This document shows, piece after piece, positions 1 to 13,692 of a DNA stretch of 64,000 nt. The notes under the pieces were generated by a model that was not told where the DNA came from, searched no databases, and saw nothing but the letters and a program-made list of their open reading frames with translations. The stretch lies in contig NC_043007.1 of the NCBI RefSeq assembly GCF_006345805.1, positions 66,650,001-66,714,000 of the forward strand, written 5' to 3'. Both the position numbers and the translations under genes were made by a program. This DNA comes from Octopus sinensis (lineage: Eukaryota). Each line of letters opens with the position of its first letter. Positions within the stretch are counted from its first letter, which is position 1.

Positions 1-400
1 TATGTACCTTTATGGAGGTCAACTGTTCCGCTGATGCGAATATCACTTGAAAAATTAAAGAGAAAGAGGATAACTATGGACAACTGCTTGGACACCTCCA
101 GCTTCTATATCCAGATTATAAATTCACATTTATGCCAATAATAATTGGTGCACATGGTTTTGTGAGTAAATGCCTAAGTAACAATTTAGACATGCTAGGG
201 TTTTCAGGGAAAAAAATCAACCAGCTAATTCATAGATTACTAATACAGTCTGTAAGTGGAGCAGTAAAAGTATGAGCGGATTTTCTCATGTTTCAAATGT
301 GTTACTTTTAATCTAAATTGTAGTGATGGAACTTTGTTAGAAACCAGCTTCTACCTGAGAGCAATAATTTAAATAATCATAAACAGAAGTGAACATGCAT
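1..400 (+). mobile_element. 3' end of R4/Dong-like non-LTR retrotransposon (restriction-like endonuclease remnant and 3' UTR), cut by the window edge
   Basis: Translates CTFMEVNCSADANIT*KIKEKEDNYGQLLGHLQLLYPDYKFTFMPIIIGAHGFVS, typical of the C-terminal PD-(D/E)xK domain. Same family as 48383-49290. Followed by TACA-rich repeats. Confidence 0.8.
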
Positions 401-680
401 GCACACAAAAGTATGTATACATACATTCATACATGTGAATGTTTTATGTGTATACATGCGTATACATGCGTATATATATATATACCTGTGCATGCATGAG
501 TGTACGTACAGGCGCATGTACACACACACGCACATACATATATATACCCACACACATGCATACAAACATACATACATACATACATAATACATACATACAT
601 ACATACATACATACATACATACATACATACATACATACATACATACATACATACATACATGCATACATACATACATATAG
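401..680. repeat. Compound (TA)/(CA)/(TACA)n microsatellite
   Basis: Direct reading; pure TACA array from about 566 to 677. Confidence 0.95.
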
Positions 681-729
681 CGATATTAATGTCTTCTGGG
701 TTTTAAGAAATATATACAATGAACTGAGA

Positions 730-1090
730 TGACACAGTTGTGTTAATAATTAAATGACAATAAAAAAGATTAATTAATATCAATATTTTAAAAAGATGAA
801 AAACGTTCAATGGATTAATCGCGCTTGATATAAGAAGGACTATCAGTTTCTGGAAGTTACTTCGCAAAGAGTTATCTCCTTTCTCCATGTAACCCAAGAA
901 AGGGTATTTTCTTCTCCCAGAGGGCCCGTTACTCATTATGCGAAAAATTTTAAGAGTCTAAAACCATCTCTGGAACATAAGTAATGTATGCTCCCAGTTT
1001 GGAGAAAATCAGTTTTTGAACTTCAGAAGTTATACGGATTTACACACACACACACACAACCTGACTTTTATATATATATATTTTACAAGC
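730..1090 (+). mobile_element. Possible Helentron-associated (DINE/HINE-like) non-autonomous element
   Basis: Ends ...cccagtttggagaaaatc...gaagttatacggattt(CA)n...ctttatatatata, resembling HINE 3' architecture. No ORF. Confidence 0.3.
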
Positions 1091-1237
1091 TTAGAGATTC
1101 ACTGTTCCAAAAGAGAATTATTTGTCGTTCTGCCCAAAGTTTATAAGTTCTTGTGATGTCATATATATATATATATATATGTGTATTATGTATGTATGTA
1201 TGTATGTGTATATAGATATATAGATGCATATATACAT

Positions 1238-1272
<35 letters not shown>

Positions 1273-1729
1273 TTTAGACACATTGATAGATAGATAGACG
1301 CATGCATGCATATATACATACAAACATACATACGCAAATGCATGCATGCACATACTAAAGTTTGCATGTGTGTGCGCGCGGGAGCGCGTGTGTGTGAATA
1401 TGTATAGCTGCATACATATACACAACCTCACAATCGTACCGTTTCTACGTACTTGAGGAGAAATTCTATCATAGCGTCCATGGCAACACAGGTCAACTGT
1501 TGTCATGGGGATACGTACGTCACCGTTGACAAGTAATCAATAGCATTCTAAAATGGACACTGTCCTTCTGCTGCTGCCGTTGTTGTGATTGTAGTTCTGC
1601 TTCTTGATAATATTGTTGTCGTTGTTGTTGTTGTTGTCGTCGGTGGTGTGTGTGGGGGGGGGGTAGTTCGGTCGATAGTCTTCTTCCTCTCCTTCCTCTT
1701 CTCGTTTACTGATGATATATCTTCCTTTT

Positions 1730-1900
1730 GTCTTAAGTCTTCTATTTCAGTCATTGGATTGTGGCCCATGCTGGAACAGTTTCTTGAAGGATTTATTCGA
1801 GTAACTTATCATTTAAATCTGGTACTTATTCTATCAAACCTCTTTTGCCAATCTTTCAAGTTATGGTGGCGTAAAGAAACACCGGTTGTCAAATGGTGGT
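1730..1900 (-). mobile_element. SINE-like repeat, 3' part (family of 44600-44810)
   Basis: Reverse strand reads gatagaataagtaccag...ccagcatgggccacaatccaatgactgaaa, matching 15060-15240 and 44600-44810. Confidence 0.6.
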
Positions 1901-2412
1901 GGGAGACAAACACAACGCAGACACACAAACACACACACATACGCACACACACACTCATATAAACGTATGTATATGTGTTTGTATGTATATATATATATAT
2001 ATATAATATATATCATTACATGTATATATACGTACTTATATAAATATATATATACACATACATATATACGTATATATACATACTTATACATATATACGTA
2101 TATACATATATGCATATATGTATAAATATATAAATAATGTATATATACGTATATATATACAATATGTATATATCGTATATACATATATACCTATATGTAT
2201 ATGTATATATGTACATATAACATATATACATATATATATATATATGTATATAATATACATATACATATATACATATATGTATATATATGTATATATATGT
2301 ATATATAGGTATATATATATATATATATCTATATATATAATATAATATAATATATATAATATATATATATATATATATCATATGTATAAGGGTGAAAGGA
2401 ACACACGAGTTG

Positions 2413-2664
2413 ATATATATGAAAAAACAAGTAAAAAATAGAAAATGCTAAAATAATTTTATAGTGAACATTTCAGTAACCGTTTCGGTCATTTGAGACC
2501 TTTTCAACTGTAACGATTAAATAATTAATTTAGAAAAATTTTTCTAAATTTAATTATTTAACGTTACATTTGAAAAGGTCTCAAAATGACCGAAACGGTA
2601 CTGAATGTTCACTATAAAATTATTTTAGCATTTTCTATTTTTTACTTGTTTTTTTCATATATAT
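2413..2664. repeat. ~250-bp near-perfect spacerless palindrome
   Basis: Arms meet at tagaaaaa|tttttcta (2538/2539). Left arm atatatatgaaaaaacaagtaaaaaatagaaaatgct mirrors right arm agcattttctattttttacttgtttttttcatatatat. Confidence 0.9.
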
Positions 2665-2678
2665 ATATATATAGATAT

Positions 2679-2720
<42 letters not shown>

Positions 2721-2769
2721 TATGCACACACACACGTATATACATACACACACAGACATGCAGAATTAT

Positions 2770-2915
2770 ATACATGACGGGTTTCTTTCAGTTCCTTCCG
2801 TCAAATAGCTTTGCTTGGCTCGGGGCTGTAAGAAAAGTCATTTGTCTCATAGTGAGACTGAACCCAATACCTCATCGTTACCAAGAAAACCTCTTACCTA
2901 AAAAACCATACTTGT
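2770..2915 (-). mobile_element. Degenerate tRNA-derived SINE
   Basis: gacgggtttctttcagtt...; similar to copies at 14805, 21660 and 39855. Confidence 0.5.
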
Positions 2916-3019
2916 GCCTATATGATTTCGTTCATCATGCTGAAGCTGTTATCGTTACTGAATGGACCTTTGATGCTGTTGTTATCGTTGCTGTTTTTGT
3001 TGTTGTTGTTGCTTGTGAC

Positions 3020-3560
3020 TAGTAGTAGTAGTAGTAGTAGTAGTAGTAGGTTTTGATGCTATAGTTGGTGTTACTGTTGTTGCTGTTATCGTTGGTGGTA
3101 GTGGTTGCTAAAATGCCACCAGCGTCACCCATCACACCTTCACTATCACCAACAACAACAGCAACAGCCACTCCACAGATATTCACCACTACCACCACCA
3201 CTACCACCATCACACCACACAACTCCGCCGCCACCAACACTGCCAACACTACCGCCACCATCACCACAACTACCATCACCACAACCACCACCGCCACACT
3301 CTACACCACGCAACTCCGCTATCACCACCATTACCACCACTACCGCCGCCGCTACTACTACCACTACCATCACTACCACCACCACCACCACTACCACCAC
3401 CACCACGACGCAACTCCAGCATAACCACACCACCGCCTATCACACCACCCAACTTCGCTACCACCACCTTCACCATCAACACCATCACTGCCAGCCACAA
3501 CACCAAACCTCTACCGCAACACCACTTCCCCACCACAACCACCACTCCGTCACATTACCC
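3020..3560. repeat. (TAG)n followed by degenerate (CAC/ACC)n trinucleotide tract
   Basis: Direct reading; source of the poly-T/H/P ORFs in the track. Confidence 0.9.
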
Positions 3561-3883
3561 TACCTCATCATCCTCTTCTGTTTTCATCATTAAATGATGT
3601 TTACAAATTCTTTTTTTTTTCTTGTCTTACAACCAATCTTTAATATATATTAAAAGAAAAATAAAGCAATAAATAAATAAATAAATAAAAACAATCACTT
3701 TTGTATAGATAATCGAATGGGTATGTAATCAATAAATGATACGCCAGTTATAAATAGTACTACTTTCTTTTCTCAAAATAGAGGAAAGTGTGTCGTTTGC
3801 ATTCTATTGGGAAAGTTTCAGACAAAGAAGAGTAGTTATAATTTTGCTTCAACCAAGTTGTTGCTATTGTTGTTGCAGTTGTC

Positions 3884-4430
3884 TTCTTCTTCTTCTTCTT
3901 CTTCTTCTTCTTCTTCTTCTCTTCTTCTTCTTCTTCTTCTTCTTCTTCTTCTTCTTCTTCTTCTTCTTCTTCTTCTTCTCTCTTCTTTCTTCTTCTTCTT
4001 CTTCTTCTTGTTCTTCTTCTTCTTCTTCTCTTCTTCTTTCTTCTTCTTCTTCTTCTGATAGACTGGCGGTTGCACGGGTGCGAAAGCTACGTTGTTATCC
4101 TCATTCCGTAAACGGTGGCTTTTAACGGCTGGAAAGCTGAACCATCCTAGGGTACAGAGGATTCGCAATCTAGACTAGGGTCTGAAAGTTTACCACACCA
4201 TAGTGGGTTACACCGTGGTTCTTCTGCTTTGTGGCAGAAGTAGGAAGAAAGAGTGAGAGAAAGTTGTGGTGAAAGAGTACAGCGGGATTCGCCACCCTCT
4301 GCCGCCGGGGCCTCGTGGAGCTTATGTGTTTTGTTCAATAAACACTCACAATGCCAGGACCGGGAATCGAAACCGCGTTCTTACGACCGCAAGTCTGCTG
4401 CCCTAACTACTGGGCCATTGCACCTCTACT
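3884..4430 (-). mobile_element. Full tRNA-derived SINE with (GAA)n tail
   Basis: Minus-strand head gaggtgcaatggcccagtagttagggcagc...ggtttcgattccc carries A/B-box-like motifs. Body is shared with 19925-20045 and 18670-18792. (TTC)n at 3884-4057 forms the tail. Confidence 0.75.
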
Positions 4431-4844
4431 GTTGTTGCTGTTGTCGTCGTCGTCTTTGTTGTTGCTGATGTTCTTGTTGCTATTGCTGTTCTTATGGACG
4501 TCGTCCACGCCGCCGTTGTTTAGTGTTGGATATCTTGCCCTGACATGATCCTGTCTCTGGATCATGTCAGTAGGGTCGAGGGGATCTACATTTTGTGCAT
4601 GCTTTATTGAACCTAAAATTTTAGGTTTTGCAATCGCCAATGAAGCGACTATCCGGTGCCCAGTGCAGTAGAAGAGCGCCGTGCTGAGCATCGAATCCAT
4701 GGGCCTGAATCCAGGTGAAGCCGACAGCTGGTGTAATAACCTCATGCAAGAATATTGCAGGCTATTTGAATGGGTAATGGTCAGTGGTGGTCTTCCTCGG
4801 TCACGAATAGACAGCCATCATCAACATCATATTGTATGTACATG

Positions 4845-5804
4845 GAAAGCGAGGAAATAAGGTTTATTTTTCAACATAGTTCCCCTTGCGAGCGATCCAC
4901 ACGCTTCTCCAATCGGTGTTGCAGTGCTTGAATACCATTGGTGTAGAAATTTCATCCTGTTGGTCAAAAAAGTCATCAAAAGCAGATATCACGTCATTAT
5001 CACTGCGATACAACTTCTAAGCCAAGAGTCTTTTCAGTGTTGAGGAACAGAGGATAGTCAGATGGAGCCAAATCAGGAGAATAAGGAAGGTTATCAACAA
5101 GTTCAAAGCAACAGTTGAGTACAACAACCATTGAAGCCAAGGACGCGTGTCCCGGAGAATTGTACTGATGAAACAAGACACCTTTCGTCAGTTTTGCTGA
5201 GCGTTTGATCTTGATAGCCTTTCATAATTGCCACAGCAAGTTGGTATAGTACTCTTCATTATGCTTTTAACCAAGAGTCAGAAGACGTGATACCCACCGA
5301 ACAAAATTCTTCGTCAAGCCAAGTTCATTGTGCAGAATATTCTCAAGTCTCTCACTGGATATGCTAATAGCATTGGCTATTTGATTTATAGTCAATCGCC
5401 TGTCAACCATCACTATGTGGTGAGCACTCGATGTTTTCCTCGATGAAGGCAAATGCCGTACGTCCAGACCTTGGGTCATCTTCAAGGCTCTCTCTTCCCC
5501 ACCTAAATTTAGCTGCCCACTTTTGCACTGTTGATAAAGCTGGATCGTCATCCCCTAATGTAGCAACCAAGTCAATATGAATGTCACAGGGGGCTAAACT
5601 CCGTTTTTCTGCTATATTTTATTCATTTTCAAGAGCAGTCGCTGCCAGTTCTGAAGTCTTCTTTGAACAGTCAGATATCAGTTTACTTGCAACGAAAGAA
5701 CGCATTTATTAATAAGAAGAGTTGAAAATAATGCAAGCAATATTTCACAGCTCTAGCATCCCTCCTTTGTAGTCAGTCTAAGAACGTTTCAGCCTGCCCT
5801 CGTA
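4845..5804 (-). mobile_element. Internally deleted mariner transposon
   Basis: 5' end tacgagggcaggctgaaa at 5804. HTH region RRLTINQIANAISIS...WVSRLLT is joined to C-terminal PYSPDLAPSDY-like sequence ending ...YVEK*. Confidence 0.85.
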
Positions 5805-6039
5805 TGTATGTGTGGGAATAGATTATTCAATGAGTTCCTTTCTTATTTGCTTTAATTTTCATGATTTGAGGGAAAATTAACAATTATTTATAGCAAGTCA
5901 AGTAACTAATTAGAAGGGAAATCCCATGTGTGACCACAGCCCACGGAATGACTGAAACCATTAAAAGAGTAAGACAAACTGTTCTGAACTACGTTACAGA
6001 GTACAAGGGGCCTCTAGAAATCAGCTTACGCTAAACATT

Positions 6040-6270
6040 TCATTGCATTTCCCCCCTATAGCCAAAACTTATATCAAGGAGTTGTACAACCGCTTCAAAC
6101 ATGGCCAAACGTCATTGGAAAGCGTGGCTTGCTCAGGTAAACCATCCACAAGCCAAAACGAAGAGCCGATTGATGAAGGTCTGGGTGAAAGAGTAGCGTC
6201 ACTTCTCACCCAAAGGATTTGTTTTGGCGGGAAAAAATAAAGTCTGATGCTTTTTGGACGCACTTCGTAG
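6040..6270 (+). mobile_element. Mariner fragment (N-terminal HTH piece plus terminal sequence)
   Basis: YNRFKHGQTSLES..SGKPSTS; ends with ggacgcacttcgta, a TIR-like sequence. Confidence 0.6.
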
Positions 6271-7290
6271 ATGTTGGCAAATAATTTTTTGTCGGTAGCT
6301 GGATCTATGTGAATGAATATTAGATATGTTGTAGGCAGGCCAGGAAATAGTTTCATAGGAAAGTATGAATTTTTAGGGCGTGAGATGATAGAAAGTTATG
6401 GTGAGGATATTTACTTCGGTTCGATGGGGGAAATTTTCTTAAGTGCTCAGTTAGGGTTCAATGTTAGTCAAATTCAGGTTACGCCATCTTTGGCATAAAA
6501 GTTGGATGTAGCAGTGCTTTAGGCCTCACGAAAGAATGTTTGTAGATAAATCTTTTGGTCACACATCAAAGGTCTGACTGGGGTTGAATCGGTGTTCATG
6601 CTATGAGCTTTCTGTTTAGAAATTTTAATCTGGACATTTTGGGAAGGTTAGGATTACATGTACTATACTAAAATGTATTGAGTAATCCTTTATTTTAATA
6701 CGCATAACTTGACATAAAAACAAGCATAAATATATATATAACCGTGTGTATATATAACAAGCACACACTTTCACACACATATACATACATGCACGCACAC
6801 ATATATATACAAGAAATTTCATAGATATAATACAATATTGTAGATTCTGTAGATGCAATAAAAATATCAACATACAAAAACAAATGTCAAATTCTAATGG
6901 CCAGCTCTCTTTCAACATACACATCAATAATATCCTTACTTCCTATTCAAATAAAACTCTGCTATATCAGATTCTGTATTCGTCGTTTTGTTGTTATTTA
7001 ATAATTTCATCAAAATAACTCATGAATATTTATGTGGATTGCTTTAACTTATCATGTAAATTAAATCCCACACATATACCACACACCGAGATACACACTC
7101 TTACGCATGTATACATACACACACAGATATATATATACATATAATATATATATATATATAATATATATACATATATATATATATTTATATATATACTATA
7201 TACATATTATATACATATATATACATATATATATGTATATATACATATATATATGTATATATACATTATATATACATGTATACATATATT

Positions 7291-7372
<82 letters not shown>

Positions 7373-7509
7373 TATATATATAATAATACATACATATATA
7401 CTTACATATATATATATATAAACGCCGCTCTCTCAAGTTTATGGCGCACGCTTGTGGATTAAGCTTTCCAAATTCATCCATGCTACATTTGAAGAATTTA
7501 CCTATACAT

Positions 7510-7597
<88 letters not shown>

Positions 7598-7745
7598 TAC
7601 GCACAGACACACACACTCACCCAAATAACAGTACATATGCCCGCTTTCTCGCCACGTAACCTCTCCCTTTCTGTCCTTTCTGTCTCTCACTCTTTCTCTC
7701 TCTGTATCTATCTATCTTTATGTATGTATATATATATATATATAT

Positions 7746-7778
<33 letters not shown>

Positions 7779-8295
7779 CACATGTATATCTTCCCATCAG
7801 TACTTAATGGTCTCATCCCATCTCTTTGTGTTTCTTTATTCCTTTCTTTTACTTTTTTTTTCATTCTACTTCTCTAGGTATACACGTACGCGCGTGTGTA
7901 TGTATGTTACGCACGAAGAAGGATAATGAATGTATTGATATCACCAGGATAACCGCTATGAAACATTTACATGGATCTAATCACATAATTACACAGAAGT
8001 CAATTAGACAAACAGCTATATCCATGCATACATGTACATAAACACACACGCATACGCACTCACATATATATATATACATATATACACATACATATATATC
8101 TACGTATACAGACATATACGCACACACACATATAAACATACACACAGACACATATGTACATACATGTTTGTGTGCGTATGTGCGCGCGCGAGTGAGTGTG
8201 CGCGCGCGCGCGTGTGTGTGTGTGTTTTGTGTGTGTGTGTGTGTGGTGTGTGTGTGTGTGTACGTGTGCGCGTATGTACATAAGCATTTGTATTT

Positions 8296-8433
8296 TACTA
8301 TTCTGAGTTAATATCTATCTCATTCCACTACAACTAATGCCTCTCTCTGTCTTTCTTTCTCACATACTATTCTGAGTTAATATCTATCTCATTCCACTAC
8401 AACTAATGCCTCTCTCTGTCTTTCTTTCTCACA
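8296..8433. repeat. Perfect 69-bp tandem duplication
   Basis: tactattctgagttaatatc...ctttctttctcaca occurs at 8296-8364 and 8365-8433. Confidence 0.9.
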
Positions 8434-8646
8434 TTTTCTCTCTCTCTCCCTTTTCTTTCATTATTCCGTTTCTCCCACCCTCGTTCAAACCCTAACTCCA
8501 GCCGAAGTACAGTTATGATATTCCATGTGTGCATATACGCATGTATTCACATATGTGTGTATGTATGTACATTTACACCAACACAGATGTATATGCATAT
8601 ACATATATATACATACATACATACATACATACATACACACAAGTAA

Positions 8647-8681
<35 letters not shown>

Positions 8682-8885
8682 TATGTTTACATATACATAT
8701 ATATATAAGCATACATACATATAGATACACAGATACATACATACATGCATACATACAGCTATATATTTATATATATATATATAAGCATATGTATATGTGT
8801 GTGTATACATGTACGTATGTACATAGATACACACAAAACACTCATATATATATATAGATAGATCGATAGATAGAAAGATACATAT

Positions 8886-8933
<48 letters not shown>

Positions 8934-8957
8934 ATGGATAGATAGATAGATAGATAG

Positions 8958-9031
<74 letters not shown>

Positions 9032-9053
9032 ATATTATATAATATATATATAT

Positions 9054-9102
<49 letters not shown>

Positions 9103-10755
9103 TACACACACCACACACCTTGCTGCTAATACATACCTTCAGCCTAATCAGCAAACGACACATTCTGTATAAAAACAAATAATATAAAACGCGTTATATA
9201 AAAAATACATCCCTTAGTTTATTACGTAATGTTGAATAATGTAGCAATAATATGCTTTCCATTTTTTCTTCTATTGTTTTCTTATTGTGTTTTTTTTTCC
9301 TCCTACTGTTTTTCTTCTTGATTTTATAACCGCAAGATATCAGATCGAAACACTCATCTCCGTAGATATTTTTATCATCTTTTTTTTTTTTTTGCTATCT
9401 TGTTGTAGCGGTTTGATTTTCACTTTTCACTTCGTGTGAGGTTGCATAATATAAATCCGACTTATATGCATATACACATACACACAAAAATATACACACA
9501 CATATATATATAAATAAATATATATATGATTCATTTACAATTCATATACACTGTATAAGTATATGTTTCATATACGATTATTATATGATATATATGTGTG
9601 TATGTATGCATGTATGTATATATGCATGAATGTATGTATGCATGTATGTAATGTATGTATATATGTATGTATGTATGCATGTATGTAATGTATGTATGTA
9701 TGCATGTAATGTATGTGTGTATGTAAAGTATGTATGTATGTATGTATATATGCATGAATGTATGTATGTATGTATGTATGTATGTATGTATGTATGCATG
9801 TGTGTATGTGTGTATAGCGAACTATAAAATATGCATGATTAAAAGAGCGGGAAAAAATGAAACTCATATCTGATGTGAAATAAAATATCAAAAATGCATA
9901 AATGCAAATAAAATTGGTATGTATATATAAATATATGTATGAAATAGATTAAAACACGCAAGGACACACAAATACGGACACCATACACACACAAACACAC
10001 ACTCGCATACACCACACACACACATACATATATAATAATATATATATATGCACATATATATATATATATATACCTACACACATGTATGCATACATATTAA
10101 TGTATGTAGTCTGTTGGTGTGTTGCATATGTAAATACGTACATACAGACAGGCAGACAGACATGCATAGATTATAAAATGTGTAAAATGAATTAAATATA
10201 AATATACATATATCGAAATATATGGGGAGAAATATTTAAGAAAAACATCACGAAACATATAACATCTGAAATACATGTAAGCATAAAATGTATAAAATAT
10301 ATAAATATAAGCAAAGAAATATTGACACACACATACATACATACATACATACAATACATACATACATACATACATACATACATACATACATACATACATA
10401 CATACATACATACATACATACGTGTGTGTGTATTTTTGTGTATGTATGTGTTGTATAACTATATAAAAATGACAGAAAGTATTAAATAGGAAACGGAAAA
10501 TACATAAATTATAAAATATATATAAATATATATATATAGGGTAAATAAAATAAAACAAAGAGAAAGTGTCTAAAGTATTCGAAACATCAAATACAAAATA
10601 TAAAGCATATGAAATCTATATATAAAAGAAAAGAGCGGTATCAGTAAAAAGTAATTTCACAATAATAGCTTTTATACGCCGACATTTTGACTACATGTAA
10701 TGGCGTCCTTTTTTAAAGAGCATTTTTGGTAAATTTTTTTTTTTTCGTTGATTTA

Positions 10756-10811
<56 letters not shown>

Positions 10812-11971
10812 ATTGGATTCTTTTCAAAATATTTTTTCCTATGAATTTTATTTTATTTTGACATCTATTTTATTTGCACTGAGGGGTCTTTAGCCGGAGG
10901 CGATTTTGGATGCACAGGCGAGACAAGCAACAATAACAACTATGATAACAGCGACTGCTGTACCAACAAGAACAACTTATTGTAATAATAGCGATAACAA
11001 CAAGGAGAGGAACAAATGCAAACATGAATGAAAACAAACTTACAGGATAAAAATTAAAAAAATAAAATAAAATCTATGAAAGAAAAAAAAATAAGCAATA
11101 TGAATTAAGACAAGAAAATAACGATGTGAAGATAATTAACTTATTTAGGTGTACGCTTGTAGCAATACTGATTCTATTTAAACACTTAATAACAGTAGAA
11201 AAGTAAAAGATTGTGGAGCAAAAAAGACGAAGAAGACACGAAAGATGAGGGGAAGAGGAGCGGGTGAAATACGTTAGTGGTTGTGATGGTGATGCTTGTT
11301 GTATGTAGTGTCATTAGTAATGGTATGTAATTAGGTGATAGCGATGGTGGTGGTGGTGGTGGTGGTGGTGGTGGTGGTGGTGGCGGTGGTTGTAGTGATA
11401 GTAGTGGCGGCGGCAATAATGATGATAATGATGGTGGTATCGTCGTGGTGGTGATGAGGATAACAATTATGATGACGTTGATATATTTTTTATGGCAGTT
11501 GTGAATGTTGGGGGTGAATGGGTATGGTATATTATCATTCACCACTATCGTCGTCGTCGCTGTTGTCATCATCACCATCATCATCATTATCATCATCATT
11601 ATATGTAGCAGTACTAGCAAGAAGAACAACAACAATAAAAACAACAGCAACATCAATCATTCGTCGAGAAATAGTGCGAGATCTCAGACACCTATCGTCT
11701 GACATACCACCTTTGATCTCGAATCAAAATCACACCAAAAGAACACTTTTGCTGAGTCTGACCAATAACATATGGTGTTATTAACGGTAAATATTCCAAG
11801 GTCAAATGGTCAAAACGAAAGGGAAAAAGTGCATATTGAGAGAATTAGAGACGCTTTACAATTGGTGAATACGGAGATGTATTTGCATCGCAAGAGTTTT
11901 GATCTGAGATCCATTACTAAAACTAAAATGATTGTAATCATTCAGTGTTAACTTTACTTAAACGTTTTATC

Positions 11972-12175
11972 TAGTATATATATATATACATCACAGTTTG
12001 TGTGTGTATATTAACTAACGCATACATTTCCACAATTCTCAACCGATTTGCACCAAACTTTACACACACATTACTTACGTGCCAAGGATGGTCATGCCCT
12101 TTAACATTTTACCCAGAGCTATCGCGTAAATGGACAAACCGGAAAAAACGGTGGTTTACACGGGTTTTTCTCTAA
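11972..12175 (+). mobile_element. Helitron-like non-autonomous 5' segment
   Basis: ctagtatatata...caaccgatttgcaccaaacttt, typical of invertebrate Helitron/Helentron short elements. Confidence 0.35.
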
Positions 12176-12914
12176 TTCGTTGTATGTACATAGTTTTTTG
12201 TATGTAGGGTCTTCCATAGTTTTTTTAAATCTATATGGTCGTATTTTTGTTATTCAGAATATTTTTCGTGGTTTTTCACATTTTTTATTTATTATCTATT
12301 CATATGTTGTAATTGTGTATTATTACTTTCTATATTTTCTTATATGTGTATTGGTGTATATTGTTTGAATGTTTCGATCAGAGAGTATTATAAAAGTGAA
12401 AGGATTGTGTCTATTTATGTATTTCGACTGTTTTCCATACTTTTTTAATCGTGATGGTCGTATATTTGCATTACAGAATATTTTTGAGTTGTTTTCACAT
12501 TTTTTTAATTTATTATTTATTTATTTGTTAAACCTCCAAAGAACGATGCGTTTGCTAGTTTGCATTATAGTATCAAAAGTTTCGTCGCTCGAAACTGTGA
12601 CCTGTCCACTGACAAAAAGTTGCACAGTTTTTTGTACAATATTTTATCAATAAGCAAGTCGCAGTATCGCGCTACGAAAATTTTAACACCTTATAACAAA
12701 TAAATGTTTAATGAAGTTAATGGGTTTTGTGCATTTCTGAATAACAAACTCGTGTCGTCCACGTTGCAATCGTGAATGGGTGAATAACTGCATCGAAATT
12801 TAGCCAAGAAAATTTGTCAAAATCTTCTGGACAAGTACAATTCCTGCTGAATTATTATAAGTAACAAATGTCGCATAAATAACTGACAATTAGATGATAG
12901 AAATGTATGGCTTG

Positions 12915-13265
12915 CATGTGAAGGCGCATAGCTTAGTGGTTATAGCATCAGGCTCTAATCATGATGTTAGGAATTCGATTCTCGGACCGGGCTGTGTGTT
13001 GTGCTCTTGAGCAAGACACTTTATTTCACGGTGCTCCAATTTACTCAGCTGTAGAAATGAGTTGCGACATCAATGCTGCCGAGCTGTATCGGCCTTTGCT
13101 TTCCCCTTGGATAACATCGGTGACGTGAGAGGGAAGACTCGTATGCATGGGTGACTGCTGGTCTTACGTAAACAACTTTGCCCGGACTTGTGCCTCGGAG
13201 GGTAACTTTCATCATGCGATCCCATGGTCATTCATGTGGGTATTTTACCCTTTTTATAGGTTGCA
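12915..13265 (+). mobile_element. tRNA-derived SINE with CORE/V-like central motif
   Basis: ggcgcatagcttagtggtt...ggaattcgattctc (A/B boxes), then tgtgctcttgagcaagacactt. Confidence 0.75.
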
Positions 13266-13277
13266 TGAAGCACATTC

Positions 13278-13317
<40 letters not shown>

Positions 13318-13564
13318 AATTGCAGCGAGGGATGTGTTTATAAGCCATTTAAGAAACACAAAAAACCGTTAGATTCACTTCAACATTTAAATTTAATTTG
13401 TCAAAATATTTTGTCGCTTTGAGACCGCGACCTATTCACTGACAAAACTTCGTGCAGCACGCCGGGCAAAATGCCTGTCATTCTATTGGGTGCGATAAAA
13501 ATGAGTACTAACCAGAATTTCAAGCCGTGTGCTTAGAGAAGAAATGATTATATCTGTTTCTATA

Positions 13565-13608
13565 TGCTGATTGCCCTACTTATAATAATAATAATAATAA
13601 TAATAATA

Positions 13609-13673
<65 letters not shown>

Positions 13674-13692
13674 CATCATCATCATTATTATT
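13565..13692. repeat. (TAA)n/(ATT)n inverted microsatellite pair
   Basis: Direct reading. Confidence 0.9.

Noticed and set aside
12915-13000. tRNA-like sequences with A and B boxes (also 42052, 41252, 17820)
   Set aside because: They continue into SINE bodies and lack a full cloverleaf, so they are not tRNA genes.
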